DNA of 64,000 bases from Candidatus Sericytochromatia bacterium (GCA_036676985.1 JAKFBU010000023.1:1-64000), one strand, 5' to 3'; counted from the first letter of the stretch, positions 47,899 to 58,553 are shown. Notes: generated by a model not told the origin, from the sequence alone. Program-made: numbers and translations.

Positions 47899-49170
47899 GT
47901 GAACAAGACCGCATCGACGTCGTCGGATCTCTATCCGATCGGGCAGCTACCTGAACTGGGCGTCGTGCCCAAGTCCATGTACGCCTACCCCATTCGTCGC
48001 GATCGCTACGGCAGCCCGTCGCAGGCCTTCCAGCGCGAGGTCGTGCCCGTTCCGCAGCCCGGCCCGGGCGAGGTGCTCATCAAGGTCATGGCCGCGGGCA
48101 TCAACTACAACAACGTCTGGGCCGCCAGCGGCAAGCCCATCGACATCGTCGCCAAGCACATGCGGGAGTCGGGCCTCGACTACCACATCGGCGGCTCGGA
48201 CGCCTCGGGCGTCATCTGGGCCGTGGGTCCCGGCGTCAAGAAGTGGAAGCCCGGCCAGGAGGTCATCGTCCACTGCAACCAGACGTGCGGCGAGTGCCCC
48301 GAGTGCAACGGCGGCAACCCCATGTATTGCAACGAGCAGCAGATCTGGGGCTACGAGACCAACCACGGGTCCTTCGCGCAGTTCGCCCTCGTCCAGGCCC
48401 AGCAGCTGATGCCCAAGCCCCCGCAGCTGACCTGGGAGGAGGCCGCCGGCCCCACCCTGGTGCTCGCGACGGCCTACAGCATGCTCTTCGGCCACCCCCC
48501 GCACACCGTGCGCCCCGGCATGAACGTGCTGGTCTGGGGCGGGGCGGGGGGCCTGGGCGTCATGGCCATCCAGCTCGTGCGGCTGGCGGGCGCCAACCCG
48601 ATCGCCGTCATCAGCTCCGACAGCAAGGAGGACTACGTCCTGCGGCTGGGGGCCATCGGCGCCATCAACCGCCACAAGTTCGACTGCTGGGGCGAGATGC
48701 CCAACCCGTCGGATGAAAAGGCCTTCAAGGACTGGATGGACCGGGTCAAGCCCTTCGGCAAGGAGATCTGGAAGTACACCGGCCATGGCAACAACGTCGA
48801 CATCGTCTTCGAGCACCCCGGCGAGTCCACCTTCCCCGTCAGCGGCTTCGTCTGCAAGCCGGGCGGCATGGTCGTCATCTGCGCCGGCACCTCGGGCTAC
48901 AAGCTCACGACCGACGCGCGGATGATGTGGATGCGTCGCAAGCGCTTCCAAGGGAGCCACTTCGCCAACGCAGCGGAGGCCAACGCCGCCAACAAGCTGC
49001 TCATCAACGGGCAGATCAGCCCCTGCCTGAGCGAGGTCTTCCAGTTCGACGAGATCCCGCTCGCGCACCAGCTCATGTCCGAGAACCGGCACAAGCCGGG
49101 CAACATGAGCATCCTGATCGACGCTCCGAGGCCCGGGCTCAAGAGCCTGGACGAGTGCTACCGGGGCTAA
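47899..49170 (+). CDS. ccr: Crotonyl-CoA carboxylase/reductase
   Basis: MAAGINYNNVWA, HIGGSDASG, IWGYET..GSFAQF, VFEHPG, WMRRKRFQGSHFAN. GTG 47899 after GGAGG. Confidence 0.93.
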   Translation: MNKTASTSSDLYPIGQLPELGVVPKSMYAYPIRRDRYGSPSQAFQREVVPVPQPGPGEVLIKVMAAGINYNNVWAASGKPIDIVAKHMRESGLDYHIGGSDASGVIWAVGPGVKKWKPGQEVIVHCNQTCGECPECNGGNPMYCNEQQIWGYETNHGSFAQFALVQAQQLMPKPPQLTWEEAAGPTLVLATAYSMLFGHPPHTVRPGMNVLVWGGAGGLGVMAIQLVRLAGANPIAVISSDSKEDYVLRLGAIGAINRHKFDCWGEMPNPSDEKAFKDWMDRVKPFGKEIWKYTGHGNNVDIVFEHPGESTFPVSGFVCKPGGMVVICAGTSGYKLTTDARMMWMRRKRFQGSHFANAAEANAANKLLINGQISPCLSEVFQFDEIPLAHQLMSENRHKPGNMSILIDAPRPGLKSLDECYRG

Positions 49171-49181
49171 GCCTCCAGGCT

Positions 49182-49221
49182 CGCCTGGGAGCGCCGGCGC
49201 GGACGCCGGCGCTCCCAGGCG
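49182..49221. other. Long GC stem-loop in the ccr-mcd spacer (mRNA stability element or REP-like)
   Basis: CGCCTGGGAGCGCCGGCG-CGGA-CGCCGGCGCTCCCAGGCG, 18-bp stem, no U-tract. Confidence 0.6.
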
Positions 49222-49245
49222 CCTATTGGGACGTTTAAGGGAGAT

Positions 49246-50922
49246 TTGCGCATGCACGACGTGACCCCCGCCGACCTCGACCTCGCCCGCGGAGGCCTCC
49301 TGGAGGCCGAGCGGGCGCTGGAGGCTGTCGCCCTGCGCCTGGCCGATCGCTCGACAGGTCCCGACGGGCTGTCCATGGAGCTCTTGGACGAGCACCAGGT
49401 GACGACCTTCGATCTGGCGACCCTCAGCTCCGAGCATCAGGCCGCCTTGCACCTGGTCGCCCATGCCCAGACGACCCGGGACACCCTCGACATGGCCCTC
49501 GCCTGCGGCTACGCCGCGGACGTCACCGCCCGTCTCCGCGCCAAGGTCCAGGAGCGCGCGCCGAGCCTGGGTCTGGTCGAGGAGGGGCTCTTCGGCTCGG
49601 CCACCCGCGACCTCATGCAGCGCTGGCTCGCCCCAGCACGGGTCGAGGGCATCGCGCGGCTCCTCCTCGAGCAGGGGCATCCCGGCACCGACGGCCTGGG
49701 CGAAGAGCACCGCATCGTGCAGGATGCCTTCCGCACCTACTCCGAGCGCTCCATCACCCCCATCGCCGAAGGGCTGCACCGCGCGGACGGGCTCATCCCC
49801 GAAGGCGTCATCGCGGACCTCGCCGAGCAGGGTTGCTTCGGCCTGGGGATCCCCGCCGCCTACGGCGGCTTCTCGGACGAGCCCGACCACGTCGCCATGG
49901 TGGTCGCCACCGAGGAGCTCTCGAAGGGCGCCCTCATCGCGGGCAGCCTCATCACCCGTCCCGAGATCCTCTCCAAGGCCCTGCTCAAGGGCGGCACCGA
50001 GGAGCAGAAGCGCCACTGGCTGCCACTCTTGGCCTCGGGCGAGCGGATGGCGGCCGTGGCCGTCACCGAGCCCGACTACGGCTCCGACGTGGCCGGCCTC
50101 AAGGTCGTGGCCCGCAAGGTCGCGGGCGGCTACCGGATCACGGGCACCAAGACTTGGTGCACCTTCGCGGGGCGCGCGGAGCTCCTCATGGTGCTCGCGC
50201 GGACCGACGAGAGCCCCGCCTCCAAGCACCGCGGCCTCTCCCTGTTCATCGTCGAGAAGCCGCGCTTCGACGGCCACGCCTTCCGTCACGACTCCCCCAC
50301 CGGCGGCAGCCTCGAGGGGCGCGCCATCCCGACCATCGGCTACCGCGGCATGCACTCCTTCGAGGTCAAGTTCGAGGACCTGTTCGTGCCCGAGGCCAAC
50401 CTCATCGGCGGCACAGAGGGGCTCGGCAAGGGCTTCTACCTCCAGATGGAGGGCTTCTCGGGAGGCCGCCTGCAGACCGCCGCCCGCGCCCTGGGGGTCA
50501 TGCGCTCGGCTTTCGAGCACGCGCTGCGCTACAGCACGGAGCGCAGCGTGTTCGGGCGACGCATCGCCGATTACCCGTTAACTCGTCACAAACTGGCCCG
50601 CATGGCCATGCTCATCGCGGCAAGCCGTCAGTTCACCTATCACACAGCCCGCCTCATGGACCGCAAAGAGGGACAAACTCAAGCTTCAATGGTAAAGTTG
50701 ATGGCATGCCGCATGGCCGAAGGGATTGCTCGCGAAGCCCAGCAGCTACACGGCGGGATGGGCTATGCCGAAGAGTTTGCCGTATCCCGGCTGTTCGTCG
50801 ATTCGCGAGTGCTCTCCATCTTCGAGGGTGCCGAAGAAGTCCTCGCCCTGCGCGTCATTGCCCCCGCCCTTATCAAGGCCGCCGGAGACAAGGCGGCTAG
50901 CACGACCGGAGGTCATCGATGA
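49246..50922 (+). CDS. mcd: Acyl-CoA dehydrogenase, probable methylsuccinyl-CoA dehydrogenase
   Basis: N-terminal extension. EELSKG..IAGSLITRPEI, TEPDYGSD, GYRGM, GRLQTAARA, HGGMGYAEE, IFEGAEE. Follows ccr. Confidence 0.85.
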   Translation: MRMHDVTPADLDLARGGLLEAERALEAVALRLADRSTGPDGLSMELLDEHQVTTFDLATLSSEHQAALHLVAHAQTTRDTLDMALACGYAADVTARLRAKVQERAPSLGLVEEGLFGSATRDLMQRWLAPARVEGIARLLLEQGHPGTDGLGEEHRIVQDAFRTYSERSITPIAEGLHRADGLIPEGVIADLAEQGCFGLGIPAAYGGFSDEPDHVAMVVATEELSKGALIAGSLITRPEILSKALLKGGTEEQKRHWLPLLASGERMAAVAVTEPDYGSDVAGLKVVARKVAGGYRITGTKTWCTFAGRAELLMVLARTDESPASKHRGLSLFIVEKPRFDGHAFRHDSPTGGSLEGRAIPTIGYRGMHSFEVKFEDLFVPEANLIGGTEGLGKGFYLQMEGFSGGRLQTAARALGVMRSAFEHALRYSTERSVFGRRIADYPLTRHKLARMAMLIAASRQFTYHTARLMDRKEGQTQASMVKLMACRMAEGIAREAQQLHGGMGYAEEFAVSRLFVDSRVLSIFEGAEEVLALRVIAPALIKAAGDKAASTTGGHR

Positions 50923-51704
50923 AGATCCTCGTCTGCCTGAAACAGGTAGTGGACGTCGAACTGAACATCCAGCTCAAGGCTGGGCAGATCGACGATGCCG
51001 GACTCCGCTACGTCATCAACGCCTATGACGAGTCCGCCCTGGAAGCCGCCCTCCAGCTCAAGGACGCCGGCGAGGCCGACGTCACCATCCTCAGCATCGG
51101 CCCCGATCGGGTCCAGGAAGCCCTCCGCAAGGGCCTGAGCATGGGCGCGGACCGGGCCATCCACCTCAAGGACGACGCCTTCGAGGGCAGCGACTCGTAC
51201 GCCTTCGCCAAGGTCGTCTCCGAGCTCGTCAAGAAGCGGGAGTTCGACCTGGTCATCATGGGCAAGCAGGCGCAGGACACCGACTCCGCGCAGGGCGGCC
51301 CCATGCTCGCCGAGATGCTCGGCTGGCCCCAGGCCACCAACCTCGTCTTCGTCCAGCGGGCTCCCGAGGGCGGCTTGCTGGTCCGCCGCATGGGCGACGA
51401 CGGCAAGGAAGTGCTCAGCATCCAGTCCCCGGCCGTGCTCACCATCAGCAACGACTTCGGCGAGGCCCGCATCCCCACCATGAAGGGCATCATGGGCGCC
51501 AAGAAGAAGGAAATCGAGAGCCTCACCTTGGCCGACATCGGCGTATCGCCCGAGGCGGTCGGCAAGGCCGGCTCGCAGGTCGAGATCGTGAGCCGCGAGA
51601 CCCCCGAGAAGCGCAAGACCGGCCGCAAGCTGACCGGCAAGGCCGACGAGATCACCCGGGAACTGTTCGGCTACTTGGTCAACGAAGCCAAGATCCCGGT
51701 GTAG
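50919..51704 (+). CDS. etfB: Electron transfer flavoprotein beta subunit
   Basis: MKILVCLKQV, NAYDE.ALE.A, MGAD, GKQAQD.DS.Q. Confidence 0.93.
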   Translation: MKILVCLKQVVDVELNIQLKAGQIDDAGLRYVINAYDESALEAALQLKDAGEADVTILSIGPDRVQEALRKGLSMGADRAIHLKDDAFEGSDSYAFAKVVSELVKKREFDLVIMGKQAQDTDSAQGGPMLAEMLGWPQATNLVFVQRAPEGGLLVRRMGDDGKEVLSIQSPAVLTISNDFGEARIPTMKGIMGAKKKEIESLTLADIGVSPEAVGKAGSQVEIVSRETPEKRKTGRKLTGKADEITRELFGYLVNEAKIPV

Positions 51705-51718
51705 GCGCAAGGAAGGAA

Positions 51719-52708
51719 ATGACGATGAAAACGTTGGTCATTGCGGAAGTCAAGGGCAACTCGGTCAAGAAGGTCACCCTCGAGTTGCTGTCCCAAGCCA
51801 AGCGCTGGGGCGCCGAGTCCCATGCGCTGGTCATCGGGTCGGGCGTCGGCCAGCTCGCCGACGAGCTCGCCGCCTACGGCGCCCAGAAGGTCTACGTCGC
51901 CGATGACGCGAGCCTCGACAAGTACCTGACGGCCCCCTACGCCCAGATCGTGGTGGATGCCGTGAACGCCTCGGGCGCCGAGCTCGTGCTCATGAGCTCC
52001 TCGGAGATGGGCAAGGACCTCGCCCCCCGCGTGGCGGCCAAGCTCGACACCGGCGCGGTCACCGATGCCAAGACCATCACCCTCGAGGGCGGTCAGGTCA
52101 AGGCGACCCAGCTCGGCTTCGCCGGCAAGGTCCTGAACCACGTCGTCTTCAAGAACCCCCAGCACAAGGTCGTCACGGTGCAGCCGGGGACCTTCGAGCT
52201 GGGCGAGAAGACCGAGGGCGCCAAGGCCGAGGTCCAGAACCTCGCCATGCCCCAGGTGGACCTGCGCGCGGTCATCAAGGAAGTCCTCAAGGAGACCTCC
52301 GAGAAGATCGACCTGGGCGAGGCCAACATCGTGGTCTCGGGCGGGCGCGGCATGAAGGGCCCCGAGGGCGTCAAGCTCATCGAGCAGCTCGCCGAGACCC
52401 TGGGCGCTGCGGTCGGCGGCTCCCGCGCCGTGTGCGACTCGGGCCTGATGCCCCACACCTGCCAGGTCGGCCAGACCGGACGCGTGGTGGCCCCCCAGGT
52501 CTACTTCGCCATCGGCCTCTCGGGCGCCATCCAGCACCTGGCCGGCATGAGCGGCTCGAAGGTCATCGTGGCCATCAACACCGATCCCGATGCCCCCATC
52601 TTCAACGTGGCGGACTTCGGCATCGTGGCCGACCTCTTCGAGGCCGTGCCCATCCTGATCGAGGAGTTCAAGAAGCTCAAGAGCGGGACGGCCGCCGCCG
52701 CTCGCTAA
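51719..52708 (+). CDS. etfA: Electron transfer flavoprotein alpha subunit
   Basis: [47 protein letters not shown]. Confidence 0.95.
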   Translation: MTMKTLVIAEVKGNSVKKVTLELLSQAKRWGAESHALVIGSGVGQLADELAAYGAQKVYVADDASLDKYLTAPYAQIVVDAVNASGAELVLMSSSEMGKDLAPRVAAKLDTGAVTDAKTITLEGGQVKATQLGFAGKVLNHVVFKNPQHKVVTVQPGTFELGEKTEGAKAEVQNLAMPQVDLRAVIKEVLKETSEKIDLGEANIVVSGGRGMKGPEGVKLIEQLAETLGAAVGGSRAVCDSGLMPHTCQVGQTGRVVAPQVYFAIGLSGAIQHLAGMSGSKVIVAINTDPDAPIFNVADFGIVADLFEAVPILIEEFKKLKSGTAAAAR

Positions 52709-52714
52709 ATCCCG

Positions 52715-52747
52715 GAGCGCCTACCGAGCTGGTCTTGGTAGGCGCTC
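52715..52747. other. Intra-operon stem-loop
   Basis: GAGCGCCTACC...GGTAGGCGCTC inverted repeat. Confidence 0.5.
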
Positions 52748-52779
52748 ATTGCCTGGTACACAACTAGCGAGGAGGCCCT

Positions 52780-54825
52780 ATGGGTCCTATTGCCATCACG
52801 ATCATGCTCCTGGTAGCCGCGGGCTTCTTCGGCTACTTCGGGTGGCAGAAGTTCGAGCTCTTGCTGCAGGCCAAGCCCGACTTCCGCCTGGACAACCTTC
52901 CTGCTCGCCTCAAGGGGCTCTGGCAGTACGGCATCCTCCAGCAGCGGCTGGTGAGGAACCACAAGGCCGCCGGCTGGATGCACGCCCTCATCTTCTGGGG
53001 CTTCTGTATCCTCCTCTTGCGCAGCACCGTCTTGATCCTGACGGGGTACAGCGAGGACTTCCACATCCCCGGCCTGCTCGGCCACGCCTACACGCTCGTC
53101 AAGGACGTGTTCGAGGTGACGGTGCTGGTGATGGTGGGCTACGCCGTCTACCGCCGCGTGGTGATCAAGCCCGAGCGCCTCACCAACTCCTTCGAGGCCT
53201 ACCTGATCCTCGGGCTCATCGGCTACCTGATGCTCTCGGACTTCGTCTACGACGGCGCCAAGTTCAACCTGTTCGGGAACGTGGAGCACGTGGCCGACGA
53301 GGCGCGGTTCGCGATCGCCGGCAGCCTCTTTGCCATGCTCTTCAAGAATTTTCCCGCGGCCGGCCTCGAGGTCCTCTACCAGGGGGCCTACTGGTCGCAC
53401 GTGGCGGTCCTGATGGCGTTCGGCGTGTACTTGACCAAGTCCAAGCACATGCACGTGATCACGTCCCTGCCCAACGTCTTCCTGCGCAGCCTGGGGCAGC
53501 CGGCGCTCGCCATCGCCAAGCTGGACCTGGAGGACGAGAACGCCGAGACGTTCGGTGTGGCGACCATCCAGGACCTGACCTGGAAGCAGCAGCTGGACCT
53601 CTTCACCTGCACCGAGTGCGGGCGCTGCCTGTCGAGCTGCCCGACCTACGTGACGCACAAGCCCCTGAGCCTCAAGGGCCTGAACGACGACCTCAAGCAC
53701 CACCTCTTCGCCCAGGCCGGCACCCAGACGCCGCCGCCCGCGGACGAGGGCAACTCGGCCGTGTCCGAGCCCGTGCCGCTCATCGGCCAGGTCGTCTCCG
53801 AGGACACCATGTGGGCCTGCACCTCGTGCGGCTTCTGCGAGACGGCCTGCCCGGTGTTCATCGAGCAGGTGCCCCGCATCATCTCCATGCGCCAGAACCA
53901 GGTCCTCATGGAGGGCAACTTCCCCGATGAGCTCAACAAGCTCTTCTCGGGCCTGGAGCGCTCCAGCAACCCCTGGGGCCTCGGCTACGACAAGCGCGCC
54001 GACTGGGCCAAGGACCTGAACGTCATGACCATGGAAGAGGCCAAGCGGGACGACCGTCCGGTCGAGCTGGTCTACTTCGTGGGCTGCATGGCCTCGTTCG
54101 ACGAGCGGAGCCAGAAGGTCGCCAAGGCGCTCGTGAAGGTGCTGCAGGCGGCGGACATCAAGTTCGCCATCATGGGCAAGGAAGAGGGCTGCACGGGCGA
54201 CTCGGCCCGCCGCCTCGGCAACGAGTACCTGTTCCAGCAGCTGGCGCAGTACAACGTGGACAAGTTCACGGAGTACGACGTCAAGACCCTGCTCACGGCC
54301 TGCCCGCACTGCCACAACACGATCAAGAACGAGTACCCGCAGTTTGGCGGCAACTACAACGTGCTGCACCACAGCGAGTTCATCATGGACCTGCTCAAGC
54401 AGGGCAAGATCCAGGTGACCAAGGCGTTCGAGGACGTCATCTACCACGACTCCTGCTACCTGGGCCGCTACAACGGCATCTACGAGCAGCCGCGCGTCAT
54501 CATCGACCTCCTGTCCACCAACGGCGTCAAGGAGTTCGATCGCAACCGCGAGAACGGCTTCTGCTGCGGCGCCGGCGGCGGCCGCATGTGGATGGAGGAG
54601 ACGATCGGCGAGCGCATCAACGAGGACCGCGTCAAGGAAGGCCTCAAGGAGAACCCCAAGGTCATCGCCTCGGGCTGCCCCTTCTGCCTCACCATGATGA
54701 AGGACGGCGTGGACGTCCAGGGCAAGACCGCGGAGGTCGCGACCATGGACATCGTCGAGCTGGTCGCTCAGGCGCTGGTCGTCAAGGACACGGACGCCAC
54801 GGGCGACAAGGCGACCATCGCCTAG
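52780..54825 (+). CDS. Membrane Fe-S oxidoreductase (FadF/EtfD/EMO, heterodisulfide-reductase-like)
   Basis: N-terminal TM domain with His pairs (H..IFWGF; KHMH), two CxxCxxCxxxCP motifs, CCG domains (GCTGD, CPHC, HDSCYLGR, CCGAGGG, CPFC). Confidence 0.9.
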   Translation: MGPIAITIMLLVAAGFFGYFGWQKFELLLQAKPDFRLDNLPARLKGLWQYGILQQRLVRNHKAAGWMHALIFWGFCILLLRSTVLILTGYSEDFHIPGLLGHAYTLVKDVFEVTVLVMVGYAVYRRVVIKPERLTNSFEAYLILGLIGYLMLSDFVYDGAKFNLFGNVEHVADEARFAIAGSLFAMLFKNFPAAGLEVLYQGAYWSHVAVLMAFGVYLTKSKHMHVITSLPNVFLRSLGQPALAIAKLDLEDENAETFGVATIQDLTWKQQLDLFTCTECGRCLSSCPTYVTHKPLSLKGLNDDLKHHLFAQAGTQTPPPADEGNSAVSEPVPLIGQVVSEDTMWACTSCGFCETACPVFIEQVPRIISMRQNQVLMEGNFPDELNKLFSGLERSSNPWGLGYDKRADWAKDLNVMTMEEAKRDDRPVELVYFVGCMASFDERSQKVAKALVKVLQAADIKFAIMGKEEGCTGDSARRLGNEYLFQQLAQYNVDKFTEYDVKTLLTACPHCHNTIKNEYPQFGGNYNVLHHSEFIMDLLKQGKIQVTKAFEDVIYHDSCYLGRYNGIYEQPRVIIDLLSTNGVKEFDRNRENGFCCGAGGGRMWMEETIGERINEDRVKEGLKENPKVIASGCPFCLTMMKDGVDVQGKTAEVATMDIVELVAQALVVKDTDATGDKATIA

Positions 54826-54838
54826 CGCGCCACCACTC

Positions 54839-54869
54839 GACCCCCGGGGGCAAGCCCCCGGGGGTCTTT
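54839..54869 (+). terminator. Intrinsic terminator of the ccr-etf operon
   Basis: GACCCCCGGGGG-CAAG-CCCCCGGGGGTC followed by TTT. Confidence 0.8.
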
Positions 54870-54993
54870 CGTTGCGGAGACCTCTTCACGGTAACCTCAC
54901 ACCGCAATCCGGGATTTCTACGGACCCTTGACAGGCGGGTTCTGGCCTACGCTTGGGCATGGAAAGCTGGAACGATGCGACAGGTGGGTGTCC

Positions 54994-55719
54994 ATGTCCG
55001 TACGATGGCGTATCGGCACACTCTTGGCCCTGGCCGGCTTGATCGGCCTCTCCGCATGCAGCGATCCCGATGAGGCCACGGGCATCGTCCGGCCCAAGGC
55101 CTCGCCGTCGGCGGGCGCGAGCCCGGGCGGCCTCACCGGAGGCGTCGGCGGCCCCACCACGACCGAGCCCCTCGTCCAGTACGTCCGCCTGGACGTCGCC
55201 ACCCTCTCCCTCAATGTCCCGCCCGCCGCGGGCCTCGTGTCCGCCGGCTTGCCCTCCACGGCGAGCCTCAATCCCCGTGCCCTGCTCACCGACGGCCAGC
55301 TCGATCCGGTCGGCGTGGATTGGCAGATCCAGGATCCCAGCCGCCTGACGGTCGATGCGGCGGGCGTGGTCAGCCTCCGCGCCGATGCCGCGGTGGGCGT
55401 CACGACGGTCACGGCCGTCTCCAAGCGCAACCCGACCCTCAAGGCGCAGGCCGCCATCACCATCACGCGTGACGGCATCCTCGAGGTCAAGGGGCTGGAG
55501 CCGGGCGGGTCCGGCTACGTCCGGGCCAACGTCACCCGTAACGGGACCTACGTCGCCAACCAGGTCATCGATGAACCGCCGCGCATCCGGTTACCCGGAG
55601 GTGTCTCCTATGACGTGCAGTTGCAACGCGTGTCGGGCAACGAGACTACGGTCGTCAAAAACTTCGCCGACCTGCTGATCCCACCGAACGCCGTCGCCAT
55701 CGCCACCGTGAGCCCCTAG
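54994..55719 (+). CDS. Lipoprotein with Ig-like domain
   Basis: LSA-C lipobox, W...DPSRLTVDAAGVV Big_2-like segment. Confidence 0.75.
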   Translation: MSVRWRIGTLLALAGLIGLSACSDPDEATGIVRPKASPSAGASPGGLTGGVGGPTTTEPLVQYVRLDVATLSLNVPPAAGLVSAGLPSTASLNPRALLTDGQLDPVGVDWQIQDPSRLTVDAAGVVSLRADAAVGVTTVTAVSKRNPTLKAQAAITITRDGILEVKGLEPGGSGYVRANVTRNGTYVANQVIDEPPRIRLPGGVSYDVQLQRVSGNETTVVKNFADLLIPPNAVAIATVSP

Positions 55720-55745
55720 CGCATCGTCCAACCCGCGAGGTCCCC

Positions 55746-58553
55746 ATGCGCCACCTCTCATGGCTTCTGATCCTCCTGATGCTCGCCCTGACGGGCTGCC
55801 CCCGCCTTCCGGGACTAGGACAGGTGGAGACCGCCCCCTTGAACGGGACGGTCGCATGGGGCAGCGACTACGCGGTGCAGGCCACCTCGGCCGAGGTGGC
55901 CAACGGCGCCACGGTCTCGCTCATCGATCCTTACACCGGGGCTACCGTCGTCACCACCCTCACCAAGCCCGACGGCTCCTTCTCCCTCAATCTCAAGAAC
56001 GTTAGCTTCGCGAGCGATCGCCCCTACCTGCTCGAGGCCCTCAAGGGACTGGCGGCCGGCGGGGCACCGAACCGGGCAGGCGCACCCGAGGCCCGCATCC
56101 GCACGCTCATCAGCCTCGTGAATGGCTCATGGACGAGCCTCAGCGGCCCGGTCATCCGGATCAACCCCGCTACCACGGCCCTTTGCATCGTGAGTGGCTT
56201 CAGGGGCCTCACCCTGGTGCAGCAACAGGCCCTCATGGCCACCCTGCCACCGGCAACCGGGGCCTTCGCCGGCAACGCGGACCTCCCCGCGGTGGACTTC
56301 ACCTCCGTCGAGGCCCTGGTCAACGCGAGCCTCCTGCTGGATCAAGACCCGGTGCACGTGATTGCGCGCAACACCCTCAATGGCACCTACGTACGCATGG
56401 AGCGCGGGCCGTTCATCACCAACGTCTCGGCCAAGCGTGCGACGCCGGGCACGACCATCATCCTCTACGGCACGGGGGTCGACGCGCTCGTGGCCAACAA
56501 CCTCATCAGCTTCAACGGCACGCCGGCAAGCTCCATGAGCCTCGTGCCGGGCGGTATCGCCGTCACCGTACCCGCCGGAGCCTCCACCGGGCCGCTCACG
56601 CTGCGGGTTGGCAACCTCGAGACCGTCGCGGTGACGACCTTCTTGCCCGTCCTTCCCATGACTACCATCCAGACGCTCGCTGGCACCAGGGCCCCGGCGC
56701 CGGGCTCGCTCGGAACGAGCTGGGGCATCTTCCCCGACATGAACACCGTCGACCGCAACGGCAACTGCTACGTGTGGGACGGTCAGAGTCTACAGCTCTA
56801 TCGGATCGCCTCGCCGAGTCTCGGGATCTCGCTGTTCGCGGGATCGGGGGGCAATGGCTACGCGGGCGACAACGGTCCGGCGGTCAATGCCAAGATCAAC
56901 GGCGTCGGAGCCATGACGACGGATGCCGCCGGCAACGTGTACGTCGCGGATACCAACAACTTCCGGGTCCGCAAGATCGATGCCACCACGGGCATCATCA
57001 CGACGGTGGTGGGCAATGGAACGCAGGGCAATCCTGCCGAGGGCGCCACGGCCAACGCCGCGCCCCTCTGGGGTCCCCAGGGCCTTGCCCTCGACTCCGC
57101 GGGGAACCTCTTCATACTGGACAACAAGCGCATCCGCAAGGTGACGCCGGGAGGCCTCATCTCGACCTATGCCGGGGGCACCGCGGACACGACCTCCGAT
57201 GGGGTGCCCGCCACGACGGTGGGTTTCGACGACCCGCGCGCCCTGGCCATCGACGGTGCCGGCAACCTCTTCGTCGCCCAGTACTACACCACGAAGCCCC
57301 TGCGCAAGATCGACCCCGGCGGCGTCATCACGACCATCGCCGGCGCGGCGCAGAGCCTTCGCGTGGCGGCGGACGCGGCGGGCAACGTCTATTACTGTAC
57401 GAACAACACCGTGCGCCGCATCACGCCGGGCGGTGCCAACACGATCGTGGCCGGTATCAACGGCTTGTATGGCTACACGGGTGACAACGGCCCGGCGACC
57501 AGCGCCAGGCTCGGAGCCACCTTCTACGGGCTCGCATGCACGCCGGGCGGAGCCGTGTTCCTGTCCGACACCAACAACTGGCGGGTTCGAAAGGTCGAAG
57601 GCGGCGTCATCACGACGGTAGCCGGCACCGGCAGCCGTTTCTCGGGAGACGGTGGTCAGGCGCTCGCCGCTCAGTTTGCCAACCCCGCGGGCATGGCCTA
57701 CGACTCCGCCGGCAACCTGTATGTCGGTGACAGCGGGGCCTACCGGGTCCGCAAGATCTCGCCTTCGGGGATCATCACCACGGTGGCGGGCAACGGCACG
57801 ATCGGCACCTCCGGCAACGGGGGCCCGGCGGTCAATGCCCAGTTGAGCCAGCAGATCTCGGACCTCGCCGTCGACAAATTCGATAACCTGTACATCCTCG
57901 ACAAATACAACGATCGCATCGTTCGCAAGGTCGACACCAACGGCATCATCACGCACTTCGCGGGCGGCGGTGCCCTCCTCGGGGATAATGGACCCGCCGC
58001 GACCGCCAAGCTCAGTGATCCGGAAGGCCTCGCGTGCGACGCGGTCGGAAACCTCTACATCGCCGACTACGCCGCCGGTCGGGTCCGCAAGGTGGCGGCC
58101 GACACGGGCATCATCACCACGGTGGCGGCGGTCCCTAGCCCGACCGACATGGCCGTCGATGCGGCGGGCAACCTCTATATCTCGGGCTTTCACTACTACG
58201 TCCGGAAGCTGACGGCCGCCACGGGCGTCCTGAGCATCCTGGCCGGGAACGGGTTCTCCGGGGACACGGGGGATGGTGGCCTGGCGCTCAATGCCCGGCT
58301 GGACTACCAGAACGGCGTCGCGGTCGATTCGGCCGGTAACGTGTATATCAGCACCAGCGGCCGCATCCGGATGGTGGACGCCGGGACGGGGATCATTCGG
58401 ACCGTTGCCGGCACGACCGTCAGCGGCTACAACGGGGACGGCACGCCCGCCACCGGCATCCAGCTCTTCTATCCCGGCAAGCTCCTCATGGACACCAACA
58501 ACCAGCTGGTGTTCAGCGATATGAGCAACTACATGGTACGGAGGCTGCAGTGA
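55746..58553 (+). CDS. Lipoprotein with IPT/TIG and a long NHL-repeat (teneurin-like) propeller region
   Basis: LTG-C lipobox. Repeated AG.G..G..GD.G.A..A.L..P.GLA.D.AGNLY units. Confidence 0.88.
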   Translation: MRHLSWLLILLMLALTGCPRLPGLGQVETAPLNGTVAWGSDYAVQATSAEVANGATVSLIDPYTGATVVTTLTKPDGSFSLNLKNVSFASDRPYLLEALKGLAAGGAPNRAGAPEARIRTLISLVNGSWTSLSGPVIRINPATTALCIVSGFRGLTLVQQQALMATLPPATGAFAGNADLPAVDFTSVEALVNASLLLDQDPVHVIARNTLNGTYVRMERGPFITNVSAKRATPGTTIILYGTGVDALVANNLISFNGTPASSMSLVPGGIAVTVPAGASTGPLTLRVGNLETVAVTTFLPVLPMTTIQTLAGTRAPAPGSLGTSWGIFPDMNTVDRNGNCYVWDGQSLQLYRIASPSLGISLFAGSGGNGYAGDNGPAVNAKINGVGAMTTDAAGNVYVADTNNFRVRKIDATTGIITTVVGNGTQGNPAEGATANAAPLWGPQGLALDSAGNLFILDNKRIRKVTPGGLISTYAGGTADTTSDGVPATTVGFDDPRALAIDGAGNLFVAQYYTTKPLRKIDPGGVITTIAGAAQSLRVAADAAGNVYYCTNNTVRRITPGGANTIVAGINGLYGYTGDNGPATSARLGATFYGLACTPGGAVFLSDTNNWRVRKVEGGVITTVAGTGSRFSGDGGQALAAQFANPAGMAYDSAGNLYVGDSGAYRVRKISPSGIITTVAGNGTIGTSGNGGPAVNAQLSQQISDLAVDKFDNLYILDKYNDRIVRKVDTNGIITHFAGGGALLGDNGPAATAKLSDPEGLACDAVGNLYIADYAAGRVRKVAADTGIITTVAAVPSPTDMAVDAAGNLYISGFHYYVRKLTAATGVLSILAGNGFSGDTGDGGLALNARLDYQNGVAVDSAGNVYISTSGRIRMVDAGTGIIRTVAGTTVSGYNGDGTPATGIQLFYPGKLLMDTNNQLVFSDMSNYMVRRLQ

